In this document: piece after piece, positions 23,078 through 33,764 of the stretch
Layout: each line of letters opens with the position of its first letter
How positions within the stretch are numbered: position 1 is the first letter of the stretch
Virus record (IMG/VR): IMGVR_UViG_3300020716_000022
Location: 1-34,558 of that record
Source: a virus
Lineage: Duplodnaviria; Caudoviricetes
DNA length: 34,558 nt
Reading direction: 5' to 3' (one strand)
Translations under genes and position numbers: made by a program
The notes under the pieces: generated by a model
The model's input: the letters and a program-made list of their open reading frames with translations, nothing else
Database searches by the model: none
What the model was told of the DNA's origin: nothing

Positions 23078-24154
23078 TCACCAGTCCAATTTTATACGAA
23101 CCAGGCACTCTTTCGTAAAATCTTTAACTAAAGGTTGAGATAATTTAGCAACTGCTAATAAATCTGTATTATTATTATAAAGTCCTATAGTTGTTGGGAA
23201 AGTTTGTGGACTATAAACCATAGAAGGCCACAATAAATTACCTGATCCTGTTACAAAAGTAGGGTTTGAAGTATAATTATAATCTCCGTTACCAACTCTT
23301 ATAAAAATATAATTAGAAGATACTGTTTCCTGAGAATTTAATTGGAAATTACCGCTTCTAGATATTGCTTGATACACTAATGCAGCATTTGTAGAGGTGT
23401 AAGAAGATGATACACTATTACCTGATACTCCATAAGAAGCGGTGTCAGGAGTTAATCCTATACCTCCTTGAACTGCACTAAGTGCTAATGCGGTAGGGTT
23501 TAATATTATTGTACCAATATCGGGTAAAAATAATCCGTAAGAACCAGATACAGTATAACCATTAGATATTTGCCCTACACTAGTTGTATTAGCTGCACTT
23601 CCAAATGAACCAGATACTATATTGAATACTCTTCCACAATCTAAATAAGTTACAGTAGATACATTATTACTATTATCACATAATTGAACTTGACCTGCTG
23701 AACTGGATAAACTTAAGTTAAAAGTTCCCGGAAATAAACTTTGTTTGTATCTATTCCTGTCTACATTTATAACATAAATATTATTACAATTAGTTGCTTG
23801 TCCACCAAAATTGAATCCTTGATTTCCGCTTATTTCGGGACCGTATATTAATGTTCTATATTGAGAGAAAGTAGTATTAGAAGGTGATGCTCCAGGTACT
23901 AATGAATTATACCATTGAGAACCAGATCCATTATTGTCCCCATAAGCTATAGAAAACTGAACTGCTGCACCATTTGCTGTGCTAGCTGTTTGATATACAT
24001 TCAAATAAAAAGCTCCTGCACTTATGGTTGTAGAAGGTACTGCTGAAGCAGTAAAAAAAGTAGTTAATTGAGGTACGTTAGAACTCCAAGCAGGTGCTGT
24101 TATGGAATCTGAACTAACTACAAAATCTGTTGATGCTAAGGTTGTAAAAGACAT
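23078..24154 (-). CDS. Virion structural (baseplate/tail-fibre attachment) protein
   Basis: 358 aa in the baseplate cluster; C-terminal TTIGLYN...LLAVAKL resembles tail-collar/baseplate domains. Confidence 0.65.
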   Translation of the reverse strand: MSFTTLASTDFVVSSDSITAPAWSSNVPQLTTFFTASAVPSTTISAGAFYLNVYQTASTANGAAVQFSIAYGDNNGSGSQWYNSLVPGASPSNTTFSQYRTLIYGPEISGNQGFNFGGQATNCNNIYVINVDRNRYKQSLFPGTFNLSLSSSAGQVQLCDNSNNVSTVTYLDCGRVFNIVSGSFGSAANTTSVGQISNGYTVSGSYGLFLPDIGTIILNPTALALSAVQGGIGLTPDTASYGVSGNSVSSSYTSTNAALVYQAISRSGNFQLNSQETVSSNYIFIRVGNGDYNYTSNPTFVTGSGNLLWPSMVYSPQTFPTTIGLYNNNTDLLAVAKLSQPLVKDFTKECLVRIKLDW

Positions 24155-24160
24155 ATCTTA

Positions 24161-24823
24161 TTATGATGTTACTTTAGTTATTTGAACTGGTACGAATAAT
24201 CTTGCTCCTGAATCTCTACCTACTACTGTTAAAGTAGTATATAAGGTTGTAGTAGAACCAAATAAAGTATTCAAAGTAGTTGCTGTAATATTTACTGTAG
24301 TTCCTATTACAGTTTGAGATACGTTTGTTCCTATTGTAGTAGTAGGAGTATTTAAAGAAGTAGCTGCGGTAGTGTTTATTCCCACTCCGTTAAATGCAGA
24401 GGTTGTTCTAACGTCCCCAATAGTTACTGAATATCCTGATTGTTCAAACGTACTAGTTGCCCCTAAATAATTTAATGTTTGAGGGGTAATAGAAATAGAA
24501 GATCCTTGAGGTAATATAATGGTAGAGTATCCTATAGTTATAGTAGGTAATGCAGCTGTTCCTCTAGGAAGAGTAATGAGTTTATATTTCATTATTTCCG
24601 TTGATTCAGGAAATGCTTGTATAATAGGCATATTTTGAATAGCTTCTCCGTAATAAGCTGATCCTGATGGATGATTAGGGTTATACAAACCATAATCCAC
24701 TTCATCATCTGATAATGAAAATTGGGTAATTTGAAAAGACCCATCGTTTTGAGCTAAAAGTTGTCTACCCTTATCTGTAAGGATAGCATCTACAACTACT
24801 GATGTATTTGATAAATATGCCAT
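24161..24823 (-). CDS. Virion structural protein (DAILTDKGRQLLA N-terminus)
   Basis: LTxxGR..LA...ITQF.L.D resembles tail-collar/fibre N-terminal domains; Thr-rich. Confidence 0.65.
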   Translation of the reverse strand: MAYLSNTSVVVDAILTDKGRQLLAQNDGSFQITQFSLSDDEVDYGLYNPNHPSGSAYYGEAIQNMPIIQAFPESTEIMKYKLITLPRGTAALPTITIGYSTIILPQGSSISITPQTLNYLGATSTFEQSGYSVTIGDVRTTSAFNGVGINTTAATSLNTPTTTIGTNVSQTVIGTTVNITATTLNTLFGSTTTLYTTLTVVGRDSGARLFVPVQITKVTS

Positions 24824-24872
24824 GTAATTTTATATTTTTCTTATTATAAATAGATAATTTATTAATTTTTTA

Positions 24873-27800
24873 TTATGATGGTAATACTAATTGATTTATT
24901 ATAGAAGATTGTAATGAGTTTATATTTTGTAAAACAGTAGGATTTATATTATTAGGTATTAAAAATCCATAAGATGTTTGTCCGGGTGTTTGATTAAAAT
25001 TTAAAATCACATTTTGTTCATCATCATATCTTTTTAAAACTAGCATTCTGTTTATGCTAGAAGGATTATTTTGAAAAGATGATATGATTGGAGGGGTTAC
25101 TGTAATTCTCAATTTAGTTACTCCAGTGCTTAAAGATGAACTTAAAGAAGAAGAATAAACAGTTAATAGTTGTGTATTAAATCCATCTGATAATACTATT
25201 GCATCTCCTTCCTGTGGATTAAATGGATAATTTACTGGTCCATAAGTTGAATATAAGCTACTAGATACTACCGTAGATCCTGATGTAAAATAAGGTATGT
25301 AAGTGTACCCTTCATACTGAGATAAATTAGGACCTAAAATTAAATCACTAGCATTTGTGTAATATAGTACATTAGATACTGATATTGAATCTATAAAAGG
25401 TCCTCCGCCTGCATTTACACTTGCTGTTGCATAGGGGTATCCTCCTGAACCTAAAGATATTGTACCTAAAGATAGAGATCCTACTCCAATAGAGGCAGTA
25501 AAACTTGCCGTAGACATATTTTCTTGTACAAGTCTAAATACTGCTTTATCTCCTACAGCAAAAGATTGAGCAGGAGTTGTAAAATTAAAATTAAAAGTAG
25601 TAGATTTATTGTCTACTGCAGGTGTAGTAGTTGCTGAGGTTATAGAACTTATAAAAGTTGATGAAATGGCGTTTAATCCGTTATAAGGAGTTATTCCACT
25701 TAATCCCGGTCCCGATGTAGAAACTACCACTTGACCTCCCCCTGATCCAGCAGAATTATAATAATATTGAACTCCTACTGTGGAAGTATTATTAGAACCT
25801 GCATAACCTGAAAAAGGTCCAGTATAATAATTTACTGTTCCAATTAAAGTTATTGTACTATATCCCGGATAAGAAGTTGTTGTTATGGTTCCGTTATTTG
25901 TTGAAGCGGGAGTGTAACTAGAAGTAAAACTATATGCTTGCCTACCTAATAAAGTATTTGTATTATAAAATATACTAAAACTAAATGAACCACTTTGAGG
26001 TCCTATTAATTGGGCACTTGGGAATTGTAAATTTATAGGTAAATTAACAGTAAAAGTTTGTTGACCTGCTTGTACTGCACTATAAGTAGGAAAGGTTCCT
26101 CCTGTTAATGAACCTACTGTAAATCCTGTGTTGGTTGCATTTCCTTGCACTAAAGTATCAAATACATTAAATATGCTTCCAGATCTACTTGCGATACCAT
26201 AAGCAGTTTGTACTAAAGATGCAGAATATGTAGGATTAGGTGATCCACTAATAAAATAATTACTTCCCCCTGCTCCTCCGTTATCAGCTATAAAAGCAGT
26301 AGTTGCTGTACTAGTACCTAAAAAATATAAAGCAGAATCATTTGTAGATCCTGTTAAAAAATATAAGGTTGGAGTATAAGAATAACCACTACTGTAAATA
26401 CTTTTTACTCCGTCAGTTGATTTTTGATTACCATATTGTTGATTATTAAATAATTTTACTGTGGTATTTTGTCCTAATATAAAAGTATTTTGTATATCTT
26501 CCCAAGATATATTATTTTGATTTAATTCATATAGTCCCCCAGATACATCTGCTAAATAAACTAATTTGGCATTGCATAAACTTGGAAAATATGAACTTGT
26601 AACTATTTGACTAAATAAACCTAATCTGCTAGTATAGTAATTTATCACAGGATTATTTCCCAAAGTAATATCTCCCGGAGTATAAACATTATAATATTGT
26701 CCTGAAAGGGTTGAACCACTATATTTTAAATTTACTAAAGAATGCGCATTATAGTTGTAATCTTGTATTTGAGCATATTGAGAATACTTTTGTACGCTTT
26801 GGCTTACTGCGCCTATTACTAAAGATTGACTTAAAGATTGCGTTACTAATCCGTAGTTTGTTGGTGATAATTGAGATCCATTATAATCTAATTCTAAAAA
26901 TTGTTGAGAAATTACTGATGCTGTAACGTTTTGATACAATGCTCCTAAAGAATAAGAAACAAACATATTACCAGAACCTGAAACTAAAGGAACTGAAGAA
27001 GACCAATAATAATTGTAATTAGATACCTCATTTTGATCAAAACTAGAACTGTACCCTACAAATACTTCAGTGCCACTTAATTCACCAGTATACTGTTCAA
27101 TGTTATTAGAAGAACTTACATAAATAGTTCCAGAAGAAGTAACAAAAGCTGCAGAGGATGTACCATTATACTGCAACTTTATTGCTTTTAAATAAGCGGT
27201 TGATCCTGTTATACTAGCTCCGTTATCCCCATAAATCATAGAAGAGCTTATTTCCCCTAAATTAGAACTTGTTGTAGCGGTAGGCTCATGTCTAGGATAT
27301 TTATTTCTTTCTAGTATATGAGATTTTAATATTATACCAGAAGTCATACTAGACCTAGCAGGTACAAAATCAGATAAGGTTTTAAATAAAGAATTGTTGT
27401 AATATTTTATTACTCTTATATAGTCCCAAACGTTATTTCCAGTTGTATAATTAGCAGTAAAATAAGTATTTTTTAAAGTATCTAAAGGAACATAACTACT
27501 AGAATATTGAAGATTAGGATCCCCAATATACTGCATTATATTAAAATAACCTGGTTGAGCAGAAGAAGTTACTAATCCAGAAGATGTTATGTTTGCATTT
27601 ATAAAATCAGAAGGAGAAAATCCTATTTCTAAATCTATAGAGCTCTTTTGAGTATTATTATTATAATATTGTATAGTAGTATTTGGAGATAATACAGTAC
27701 TATTTATAGTGTTTATACTAGAAGTTAGTACTTTATTATTATTTATTCCTTGTATACCAGATATAGTACCTATATCATATCCACCAAACTCATTTACATG

Positions 27801-29504
27801 TAATATATTATTAGGAATACCGTAAGTTGCTATTAAAGCTCTTACTCCTCTTTCTGTTCCTTTTGTTTTTAATAAATAAATTAAATTATGATAAAGTCTT
27901 TTATATACCTGATCAGTTATTTGTTGTGCAGGTAAGGTAGGAACACTTGCTGTAACATAAGTTTTAATAATTTCAGATCCAGTAGGAGGTAATAAACTAC
28001 CATCAGGATTTATACCAAATAACGAATGATAAATATTATCAGATATGCTAGTATTAGTATATAGATTAAATCCTAAACTTTTTAAAGCATCTCCAACTTG
28101 ATCCATTGATATACCAATGTTTGGATTATTCTCTGCTGAATATCTATTCGTAACATCTTTTAAATATATCCAAATATTATCAAAATGTTGTCCAATCATA
28201 TTTAAAAAAGTCAGATAAGGTAAATTCCTATCATCATCTAAAACATAAGATGGAGATGCATATTGTAATAAATCTGGGTTATTACTATCATATAGTGAAG
28301 AAGAGTAATATAAACTAGCGGTTCCTACTGAAGGTACTGTTGTTGGGCTACCTAACCAATTTTGAGATTGGGAAGATGATACTGAATATAGGGTATAAGG
28401 TTGGGTAGCACTTGATTTAGGCCATGCAAAAGATTCTGATGAAAAATATAAATAATATTCATACCCGTCAAACTTTTGTATAGTTGAATCTATTAAATTT
28501 TGTAATTGTAGTTGAGCAGAAGTAGTGTTATTAGCTGCTAATCCTGCTGAAGAAGACTCTATTAATTGTAATTTATATACAAAATTCTCTAATCTTTCTG
28601 TAGCAGAAGAAAAATGTATAAAATTTGAAAAATTAGTATAATCAACATTAATACTTATACTATTATCATCCATCATTGATTGCAATTGCTGATAAGATGA
28701 TGTTACTGAAGTAGTAAATAAAGTATTGTAATTAAAATAAGGAGTTACTTGGGATATAGTTTTCTTTATATCTACTTTATAGTTTGGGCCTCTTAATAAA
28801 TTTGTATTTTGTGTTGATTCTGGTTCTGCATTAATGGTCACACTAAACTCTGCAGGATCAGCTATCTTAGTTACAACCCAAAAAGTATCTTTTATATTAA
28901 ATTCAGAGGGAAGTGGCTCATATAATTTAAAAATAATATGACCATCTCCATTATTATCCTCTACAAAAACTGCATTTACAGCTATTACTTGTTTATCTTG
29001 ACCAAAATTTAAATAAAAATCAGGATAAAAATTGTTTACTGATAGTAAAGAATTAAATTGATTAAAAGCATTAGACAAATCTGTAGTAGATAAGTCTTGT
29101 CTGGTTACTTTTATTTCAGTTCTTGAATTAGATATCTGTTCAATCCAAAAATTTTGAGTTGGATTAGGGGCAGATGCTATTTGAGTAGTTAAAAAATTAT
29201 ATTTAACTATTGTTGATCCTCTATCATATCCTGCATTTCTTACGTCAGTTTCAGGATCTAAAGTTATTTTGCTAGTAGTTCCGTTTGTTGGGCCAACTTC
29301 ACTACCTATTGAATAATTTGAATTATAATAATTACTACTAAGTACATTACCGTTTATATCTTTTATAAAATATTCAATATAATCCCCAGGATTTCCAAAT
29401 ACAGGGGTTATATTTGTATTACTTATTAAGGATACGTCTGTACTAGAATAATCTTGATAAGAGCCATTTGATCCTATATATTGAATTTGTACTATATCTG
29501 CCAT
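24873..29504 (-). CDS. Large baseplate/tail structural protein (1543 aa)
   Basis: Internal FLNMIGQHFDNIW...LLKTKGTERGVRALIATYG resembles P2 gpI/T4 gp7-like wedge segments; S/T/N/G-rich remainder. Confidence 0.7.
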   Translation of the reverse strand: MADIVQIQYIGSNGSYQDYSSTDVSLISNTNITPVFGNPGDYIEYFIKDINGNVLSSNYYNSNYSIGSEVGPTNGTTSKITLDPETDVRNAGYDRGSTIVKYNFLTTQIASAPNPTQNFWIEQISNSRTEIKVTRQDLSTTDLSNAFNQFNSLLSVNNFYPDFYLNFGQDKQVIAVNAVFVEDNNGDGHIIFKLYEPLPSEFNIKDTFWVVTKIADPAEFSVTINAEPESTQNTNLLRGPNYKVDIKKTISQVTPYFNYNTLFTTSVTSSYQQLQSMMDDNSISINVDYTNFSNFIHFSSATERLENFVYKLQLIESSSAGLAANNTTSAQLQLQNLIDSTIQKFDGYEYYLYFSSESFAWPKSSATQPYTLYSVSSSQSQNWLGSPTTVPSVGTASLYYSSSLYDSNNPDLLQYASPSYVLDDDRNLPYLTFLNMIGQHFDNIWIYLKDVTNRYSAENNPNIGISMDQVGDALKSLGFNLYTNTSISDNIYHSLFGINPDGSLLPPTGSEIIKTYVTASVPTLPAQQITDQVYKRLYHNLIYLLKTKGTERGVRALIATYGIPNNILHVNEFGGYDIGTISGIQGINNNKVLTSSINTINSTVLSPNTTIQYYNNNTQKSSIDLEIGFSPSDFINANITSSGLVTSSAQPGYFNIMQYIGDPNLQYSSSYVPLDTLKNTYFTANYTTGNNVWDYIRVIKYYNNSLFKTLSDFVPARSSMTSGIILKSHILERNKYPRHEPTATTSSNLGEISSSMIYGDNGASITGSTAYLKAIKLQYNGTSSAAFVTSSGTIYVSSSNNIEQYTGELSGTEVFVGYSSSFDQNEVSNYNYYWSSSVPLVSGSGNMFVSYSLGALYQNVTASVISQQFLELDYNGSQLSPTNYGLVTQSLSQSLVIGAVSQSVQKYSQYAQIQDYNYNAHSLVNLKYSGSTLSGQYYNVYTPGDITLGNNPVINYYTSRLGLFSQIVTSSYFPSLCNAKLVYLADVSGGLYELNQNNISWEDIQNTFILGQNTTVKLFNNQQYGNQKSTDGVKSIYSSGYSYTPTLYFLTGSTNDSALYFLGTSTATTAFIADNGGAGGSNYFISGSPNPTYSASLVQTAYGIASRSGSIFNVFDTLVQGNATNTGFTVGSLTGGTFPTYSAVQAGQQTFTVNLPINLQFPSAQLIGPQSGSFSFSIFYNTNTLLGRQAYSFTSSYTPASTNNGTITTTSYPGYSTITLIGTVNYYTGPFSGYAGSNNTSTVGVQYYYNSAGSGGGQVVVSTSGPGLSGITPYNGLNAISSTFISSITSATTTPAVDNKSTTFNFNFTTPAQSFAVGDKAVFRLVQENMSTASFTASIGVGSLSLGTISLGSGGYPYATASVNAGGGPFIDSISVSNVLYYTNASDLILGPNLSQYEGYTYIPYFTSGSTVVSSSLYSTYGPVNYPFNPQEGDAIVLSDGFNTQLLTVYSSSLSSSLSTGVTKLRITVTPPIISSFQNNPSSINRMLVLKRYDDEQNVILNFNQTPGQTSYGFLIPNNINPTVLQNINSLQSSIINQLVLPS

Positions 29505-29505
29505 A

Positions 29506-29853
29506 TTATCCTGTAACAGTTCCTAAACTTATATAATTTTGATTTGCTTCTAATAATTGCTGTCTTAAAGAATTTATTTCAGCAATGTAAGCTTGTTCAT
29601 TATCACTCAGCACACTTCCTCCAACATATGCAGTACTTTGTTTGATAAGATAAGTGTGAGAATTAACATCTCCAGTTGCAGGAATATCAAAAAATAGTTG
29701 ATTATAATAATCAAAAAATTGCTCTACAGTTATAGTTGTAGGGACAGTTGATCCAGTTATTGGAGTATATAATTCACTAAAAGAAGTATTTATAACCTTT
29801 GTATAAGTGTTATAACCGTAAACTTCTTTTATTAAATTAACTTGTTGTTCCAT
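29506..29853 (-). CDS. Hypothetical baseplate-cluster protein with C-terminal coiled coil
   Basis: TVEQFFDYYNQLFFDIP...SHTYLIKQS...EINSLRQQLLE. Confidence 0.7.
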   Translation of the reverse strand: MEQQVNLIKEVYGYNTYTKVINTSFSELYTPITGSTVPTTITVEQFFDYYNQLFFDIPATGDVNSHTYLIKQSTAYVGGSVLSDNEQAYIAEINSLRQQLLEANQNYISLGTVTG

Positions 29854-29857
29854 ATTA

Positions 29858-31021
29858 TCAATAAGATACTACCTTAAAAGTTAAATTTTGACCAGTATAT
29901 ATTACTTGCTCAGTTGGAAGTAAAGCTAAACTTCCGCTTCCGTAAGTAGCCAATGCATTGTATATTGCTTGATCATTATCATATACTGAAAGAGGCCCAT
30001 ACGTAGTTGAATATATGTTTGTCTGTATTAATATACGATAAAATCTGTTAATTTCCAAACCATTTGTGTATAAATTAAAATAATTACTTACACTATCTGC
30101 ACTTAGTTTTGTGTAAATAGGGTCAAAATTTATAACGAACTCCTCTGTTTTTACATCTTGTAGTGCCCAACAAGTATTTTCAGGTAAGTACAAAGGCATT
30201 GTATAGATAGATTGAGTAGTAAATTGTCTAGGTGGATATGTATATCTCACTGCTGTTCTCATTTTATAAGATTGGTTTTGAGATAATATTCCAGGATTAT
30301 TAGACAATGTTACTGTTATCTGATCATTTAATACATAATTTGTTCCTTGAGGAAAATAATAGGAATCTGCCCATTTAAATTGTATATTTGGGGGGTATAT
30401 TGTATGGGTATCTACTGAAAAAAAATTTAATCCTATAAAAGAATTAGAATTATTTTCTATAGAAGAGGGATGTTTTAATATAATCCCATCATTTGGTATA
30501 GATCCTGAAAACCATGCATTTACTATATTAGTAACATCCATATTGATGTCTTTATTTGACATGTAATCAAAATATTGACTAGCTGTTACAGATGTAGTAA
30601 AATCTCCTCCTTGGGTTCCCCAAGAATTGGATGCACTATAAGGTCCTGTATAACTCCAACAAACTCCATTTTCAGAAATAGGGGTTTGATTGTATTGACC
30701 TGTTCCCATTACCCAAGAACTAGTTACAGGATAGGCATATAAAGAATAGGTAGTATTTAAATTTTGTGCACTAGCTAAATATAAGTTTAAATTAGCGTTC
30801 CAAGATCCGCTTATGGATTGAGAAGCAAAAGAATATAGAGTATTTAAATCTGCAGAAGAAAATTGTATTAAAGATCTTCTTATATCAGAGCCTGTTGTTG
30901 TATTCTGAGGAGAAGAACTCAATACAGATACTTCTAAAATAGGGTCTCTACCAGCGTTTTGTGTTGGAGATAGTGAGTAAATTGAAGCATCTGCAGATGC
31001 AAATATTTGATATACTGCCAT
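29858..31021 (-). CDS. DNRLRE/disaggregatase-like domain structural protein
   Basis: DASIY...N.G....LEV, RSLIQF, ANLNLY, W...GGDF, MDVTNIVNAW....PNDGIILK. Confidence 0.7.
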   Translation of the reverse strand: MAVYQIFASADASIYSLSPTQNAGRDPILEVSVLSSSPQNTTTGSDIRRSLIQFSSADLNTLYSFASQSISGSWNANLNLYLASAQNLNTTYSLYAYPVTSSWVMGTGQYNQTPISENGVCWSYTGPYSASNSWGTQGGDFTTSVTASQYFDYMSNKDINMDVTNIVNAWFSGSIPNDGIILKHPSSIENNSNSFIGLNFFSVDTHTIYPPNIQFKWADSYYFPQGTNYVLNDQITVTLSNNPGILSQNQSYKMRTAVRYTYPPRQFTTQSIYTMPLYLPENTCWALQDVKTEEFVINFDPIYTKLSADSVSNYFNLYTNGLEINRFYRILIQTNIYSTTYGPLSVYDNDQAIYNALATYGSGSLALLPTEQVIYTGQNLTFKVVSY

Positions 31022-31040
31022 TTTTTATCAATTTATAATA

Positions 31041-32912
31041 TTAAAATGCAACTGATCTACCTTGTATATCTATATTAGGGTACTGAACTGCAAATATACT
31101 AGGATCTAAAGAAGGATATATAACTCCGTTCAAAGTTGCTCCGGGTATATCATAACTATATATTGAATAACCTGCTTGTTCCCCTGAAATATTAGTTATA
31201 TTTAAAGCCTTAACTGTTTGTACTCCAGCTACAGAATCCAATAATGAATAAATATTAGATAAAATAATAGGCTGATTTATTTGCCATTTATCTATATTAA
31301 AATAATCTTGTAATACTGATATACAATTTCCTATTACTTGAAGAGAAGTATAGTTAGGATTCAATACTACATCAAAATTAACTTGTATATTAATTATAAA
31401 AGCGGGTTTTATTAATATAGTATCAGTCAAACTCCTATAATTACTTATGTAAGTTTGTAAATTCTGTAAAAGGGCTGTTTGAGGAGTAGCTAAATTACCT
31501 AAAGTATCATATCCCAATACATATAAAGAAGTTGCTAAAGGGTCAAATTCCCCAGGTTCATTTGCTAAATATTGAGAAAATACTGCACTATCTTTAGTCA
31601 CATATGCTTTAGATACTTGACCAAATTTAGCAGGCATTCCTAATGCAAATCCTACATAATCTTGTTGAGTTACTGCTCTCATTTGAGTTGGAAAAGCAGC
31701 TAATGTATTTTGTCTTAACTGATCTGCTGTATCTCCATCACCTCCACCTTCTGCAGGTAAACTATTATTAACTGCTATAGAAGATAATATTTGATTTTGA
31801 GTTGCAGGATTACCAGATTGTACAAAAGTAGCATTAACAGAACTTAGATAAGTTAATTCGTTTGTTTGTACATTTGCAGAAGCTCCCCCTCCAGCTAAAT
31901 AAGTTATTGTTAAAGTTGTATTTGAAGGAGCTAATCCATAAGAAAAATTAGATACAAAAATAGTAGGATCAAATGCGGTATTTAATAAGCTTATTGCATT
32001 AGAGGTACCAAATCCAACATTATATGGATTAGGAACTGAACCTGTAGGGGTAATACCTGCTCCAAATTCTAATTCTAAAGTAGTAGGAGAAGTAAACCTA
32101 GATACAAATCTTCTAGGTACATCTATTTGTTGTAAAATATAAGGTACTTGATTAGCTTGTTGATATAAACTAGGATAATTAGCTGCAGTATTTTCTACAG
32201 GTTCTAATATATAATTTTGAGCTAAATAAGGAACTTCATACCAAATATTACCATTACTATCATAAACACTTATTATTTCTATAATATTGTTATCAGTTAT
32301 AGTAGTTGTAGCAAAAGGTTGAGAACTTCCAAAAGTAACAGAAGTTGTTTTTACTTGACCTGATATAGCTTGAGTAGATTTTTTAAGTAAATAAGTACTA
32401 GGTTGAGGATTTCCAGAAGGATCAATAAAAGTACTGTATACTGAAATATCTGTAGGATTGAAAGAAGAGGATAGAGTAAAATCTATTTTATTAGGACAGT
32501 AAAAATAATTTGAAGAATTTATGTTTGATCTTACCTGAGTACCTTCTTGCAAAACCATAGCATAAGTAAAATCAGGTTGATAATTAATACCTACTGAAGG
32601 AATCTGTTGATAAATATCTAAATTTACTACAGCTGCAGAGCTTACTTTAGGTCTATATCCTAACATATAAGCTAAACTGTATAAGTTATTTGTTTGTTTA
32701 GCGTATTCTAAGAAAGTTTCTTGTATTTGATTATCTAAATAAAATGAAAGTACGTCTCCTACATAAGAAGCCATGTCAATAAACATGGTTCCTGGGGATG
32801 AGTTTGAAAAATCATTGTAAGCAGTAGGATAATAAGCTTTTGCATACTCTATTAAATCCTGTTTAAAAGTATTAAAATCTTTATTTAAATATGATATATT
32901 TTTATTAGCCAT
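31041..32912 (-). CDS. Baseplate wedge subunit (T4 gp6/Baseplate J-like)
   Basis: YLNKDF..FKQDLIEYAKAYYP...DFS..SPG.MFID..SYVGDVLSFY.D, LEFGAG, GGG.GD...RAVTQQDY. Confidence 0.9.
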   Translation of the reverse strand: MANKNISYLNKDFNTFKQDLIEYAKAYYPTAYNDFSNSSPGTMFIDMASYVGDVLSFYLDNQIQETFLEYAKQTNNLYSLAYMLGYRPKVSSAAVVNLDIYQQIPSVGINYQPDFTYAMVLQEGTQVRSNINSSNYFYCPNKIDFTLSSSFNPTDISVYSTFIDPSGNPQPSTYLLKKSTQAISGQVKTTSVTFGSSQPFATTTITDNNIIEIISVYDSNGNIWYEVPYLAQNYILEPVENTAANYPSLYQQANQVPYILQQIDVPRRFVSRFTSPTTLELEFGAGITPTGSVPNPYNVGFGTSNAISLLNTAFDPTIFVSNFSYGLAPSNTTLTITYLAGGGASANVQTNELTYLSSVNATFVQSGNPATQNQILSSIAVNNSLPAEGGGDGDTADQLRQNTLAAFPTQMRAVTQQDYVGFALGMPAKFGQVSKAYVTKDSAVFSQYLANEPGEFDPLATSLYVLGYDTLGNLATPQTALLQNLQTYISNYRSLTDTILIKPAFIINIQVNFDVVLNPNYTSLQVIGNCISVLQDYFNIDKWQINQPIILSNIYSLLDSVAGVQTVKALNITNISGEQAGYSIYSYDIPGATLNGVIYPSLDPSIFAVQYPNIDIQGRSVAF

Positions 32913-33315
32913 TTATACTTACTATTATATTGTCAGATTGTCCTGTATTTTTTATGGTATAGGTAAAACTTATGAAAACTATGTTATTATCCGGATTTGA
33001 TGTTACAGAAAGGTTGCTAATTGTAACATTGGGAAAATTTTGTTGGATTCCTACTGTTAATTGAGCTTCTATATCATCAAATGTTTTAGTACTTATTTGT
33101 TCAAATAATTTGTTTCTTATCCCAGCACCGAAAGTTGGATTAAAAACTCTTTCTCTTGGGTTTGTAAGTAAGAAATTTATAATATTGTATTTTATTTGTT
33201 CAGTAGTATTATAAACTGTTCTAAAAGCAGATTGATTTGAAAATGGCAATGCTACTCCAACACCTGTAGAAGGCATTAAATCTAGCGTATTTATATTTCT
33301 TAAATTATATGCCAT
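32905..33315 (-). CDS. Baseplate wedge protein gp25/GPW family
   Basis: QIKYNIINFLLTNPRERVFNPTFGAGIRNKLFE, the characteristic gp25 motif; immediately upstream of the gp6-like gene. Confidence 0.9.
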   Translation of the reverse strand: MAYNLRNINTLDLMPSTGVGVALPFSNQSAFRTVYNTTEQIKYNIINFLLTNPRERVFNPTFGAGIRNKLFEQISTKTFDDIEAQLTVGIQQNFPNVTISNLSVTSNPDNNIVFISFTYTIKNTGQSDNIIVSING

Positions 33316-33320
33316 TTAGT

Positions 33321-33764
33321 TTATCTAATTTCCCCAGTAGACAGCATCTTATTCATTATATGGCTAAAATCTGGTACTGCATTTATTTCAACAGCTTCTA
33401 AACTACCTGCTTTTCTAGCAGTGTCAAACATTCCATTTACTGATTCTACTATAGGAGTTTCATAAGAAGCTCCCTCTAATCCTAAACCTTCTAAATCTTT
33501 ATCAGTCATACTTTGAGCAGTCTCTTGAAGCAAACTATTTAAAGGATTATTAAATCCTAAATTAGGAGCAACTCTTTTATGGGATTGTTGAGTATTTAAA
33601 GTTAAAGGTACTGTTGTATTTACCGTACTACGGGCTTCATTAATCACAGTATTTCCACCTTTATTACTACTGATAGCTTCTTTTAAAATACTTGAAAGCT
33701 CTTCTTGAAAAACAGATCTCACTTCTTCCCTAATTAATTTTCTAAATGCATCTAATTTTGCCAT
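33321..33764 (-). CDS. Hypothetical protein (FRKLIREEV N-terminus)
   Basis: 147 aa; LNSLLQETAQSM; TATTTATA a few nt upstream. Confidence 0.7.
   Translation of the reverse strand: MAKLDAFRKLIREEVRSVFQEELSSILKEAISSNKGGNTVINEARSTVNTTVPLTLNTQQSHKRVAPNLGFNNPLNSLLQETAQSMTDKDLEGLGLEGASYETPIVESVNGMFDTARKAGSLEAVEINAVPDFSHIMNKMLSTGEIR

Noticed and set aside
5132-26926. All plus-strand ORFs in the track (5132, 7126, 8624, 14216, 15912, 16554, 18573, 18999, 26711)
   Set aside because: Short antisense shadows of well-supported minus-strand genes, with no recognisable motifs.
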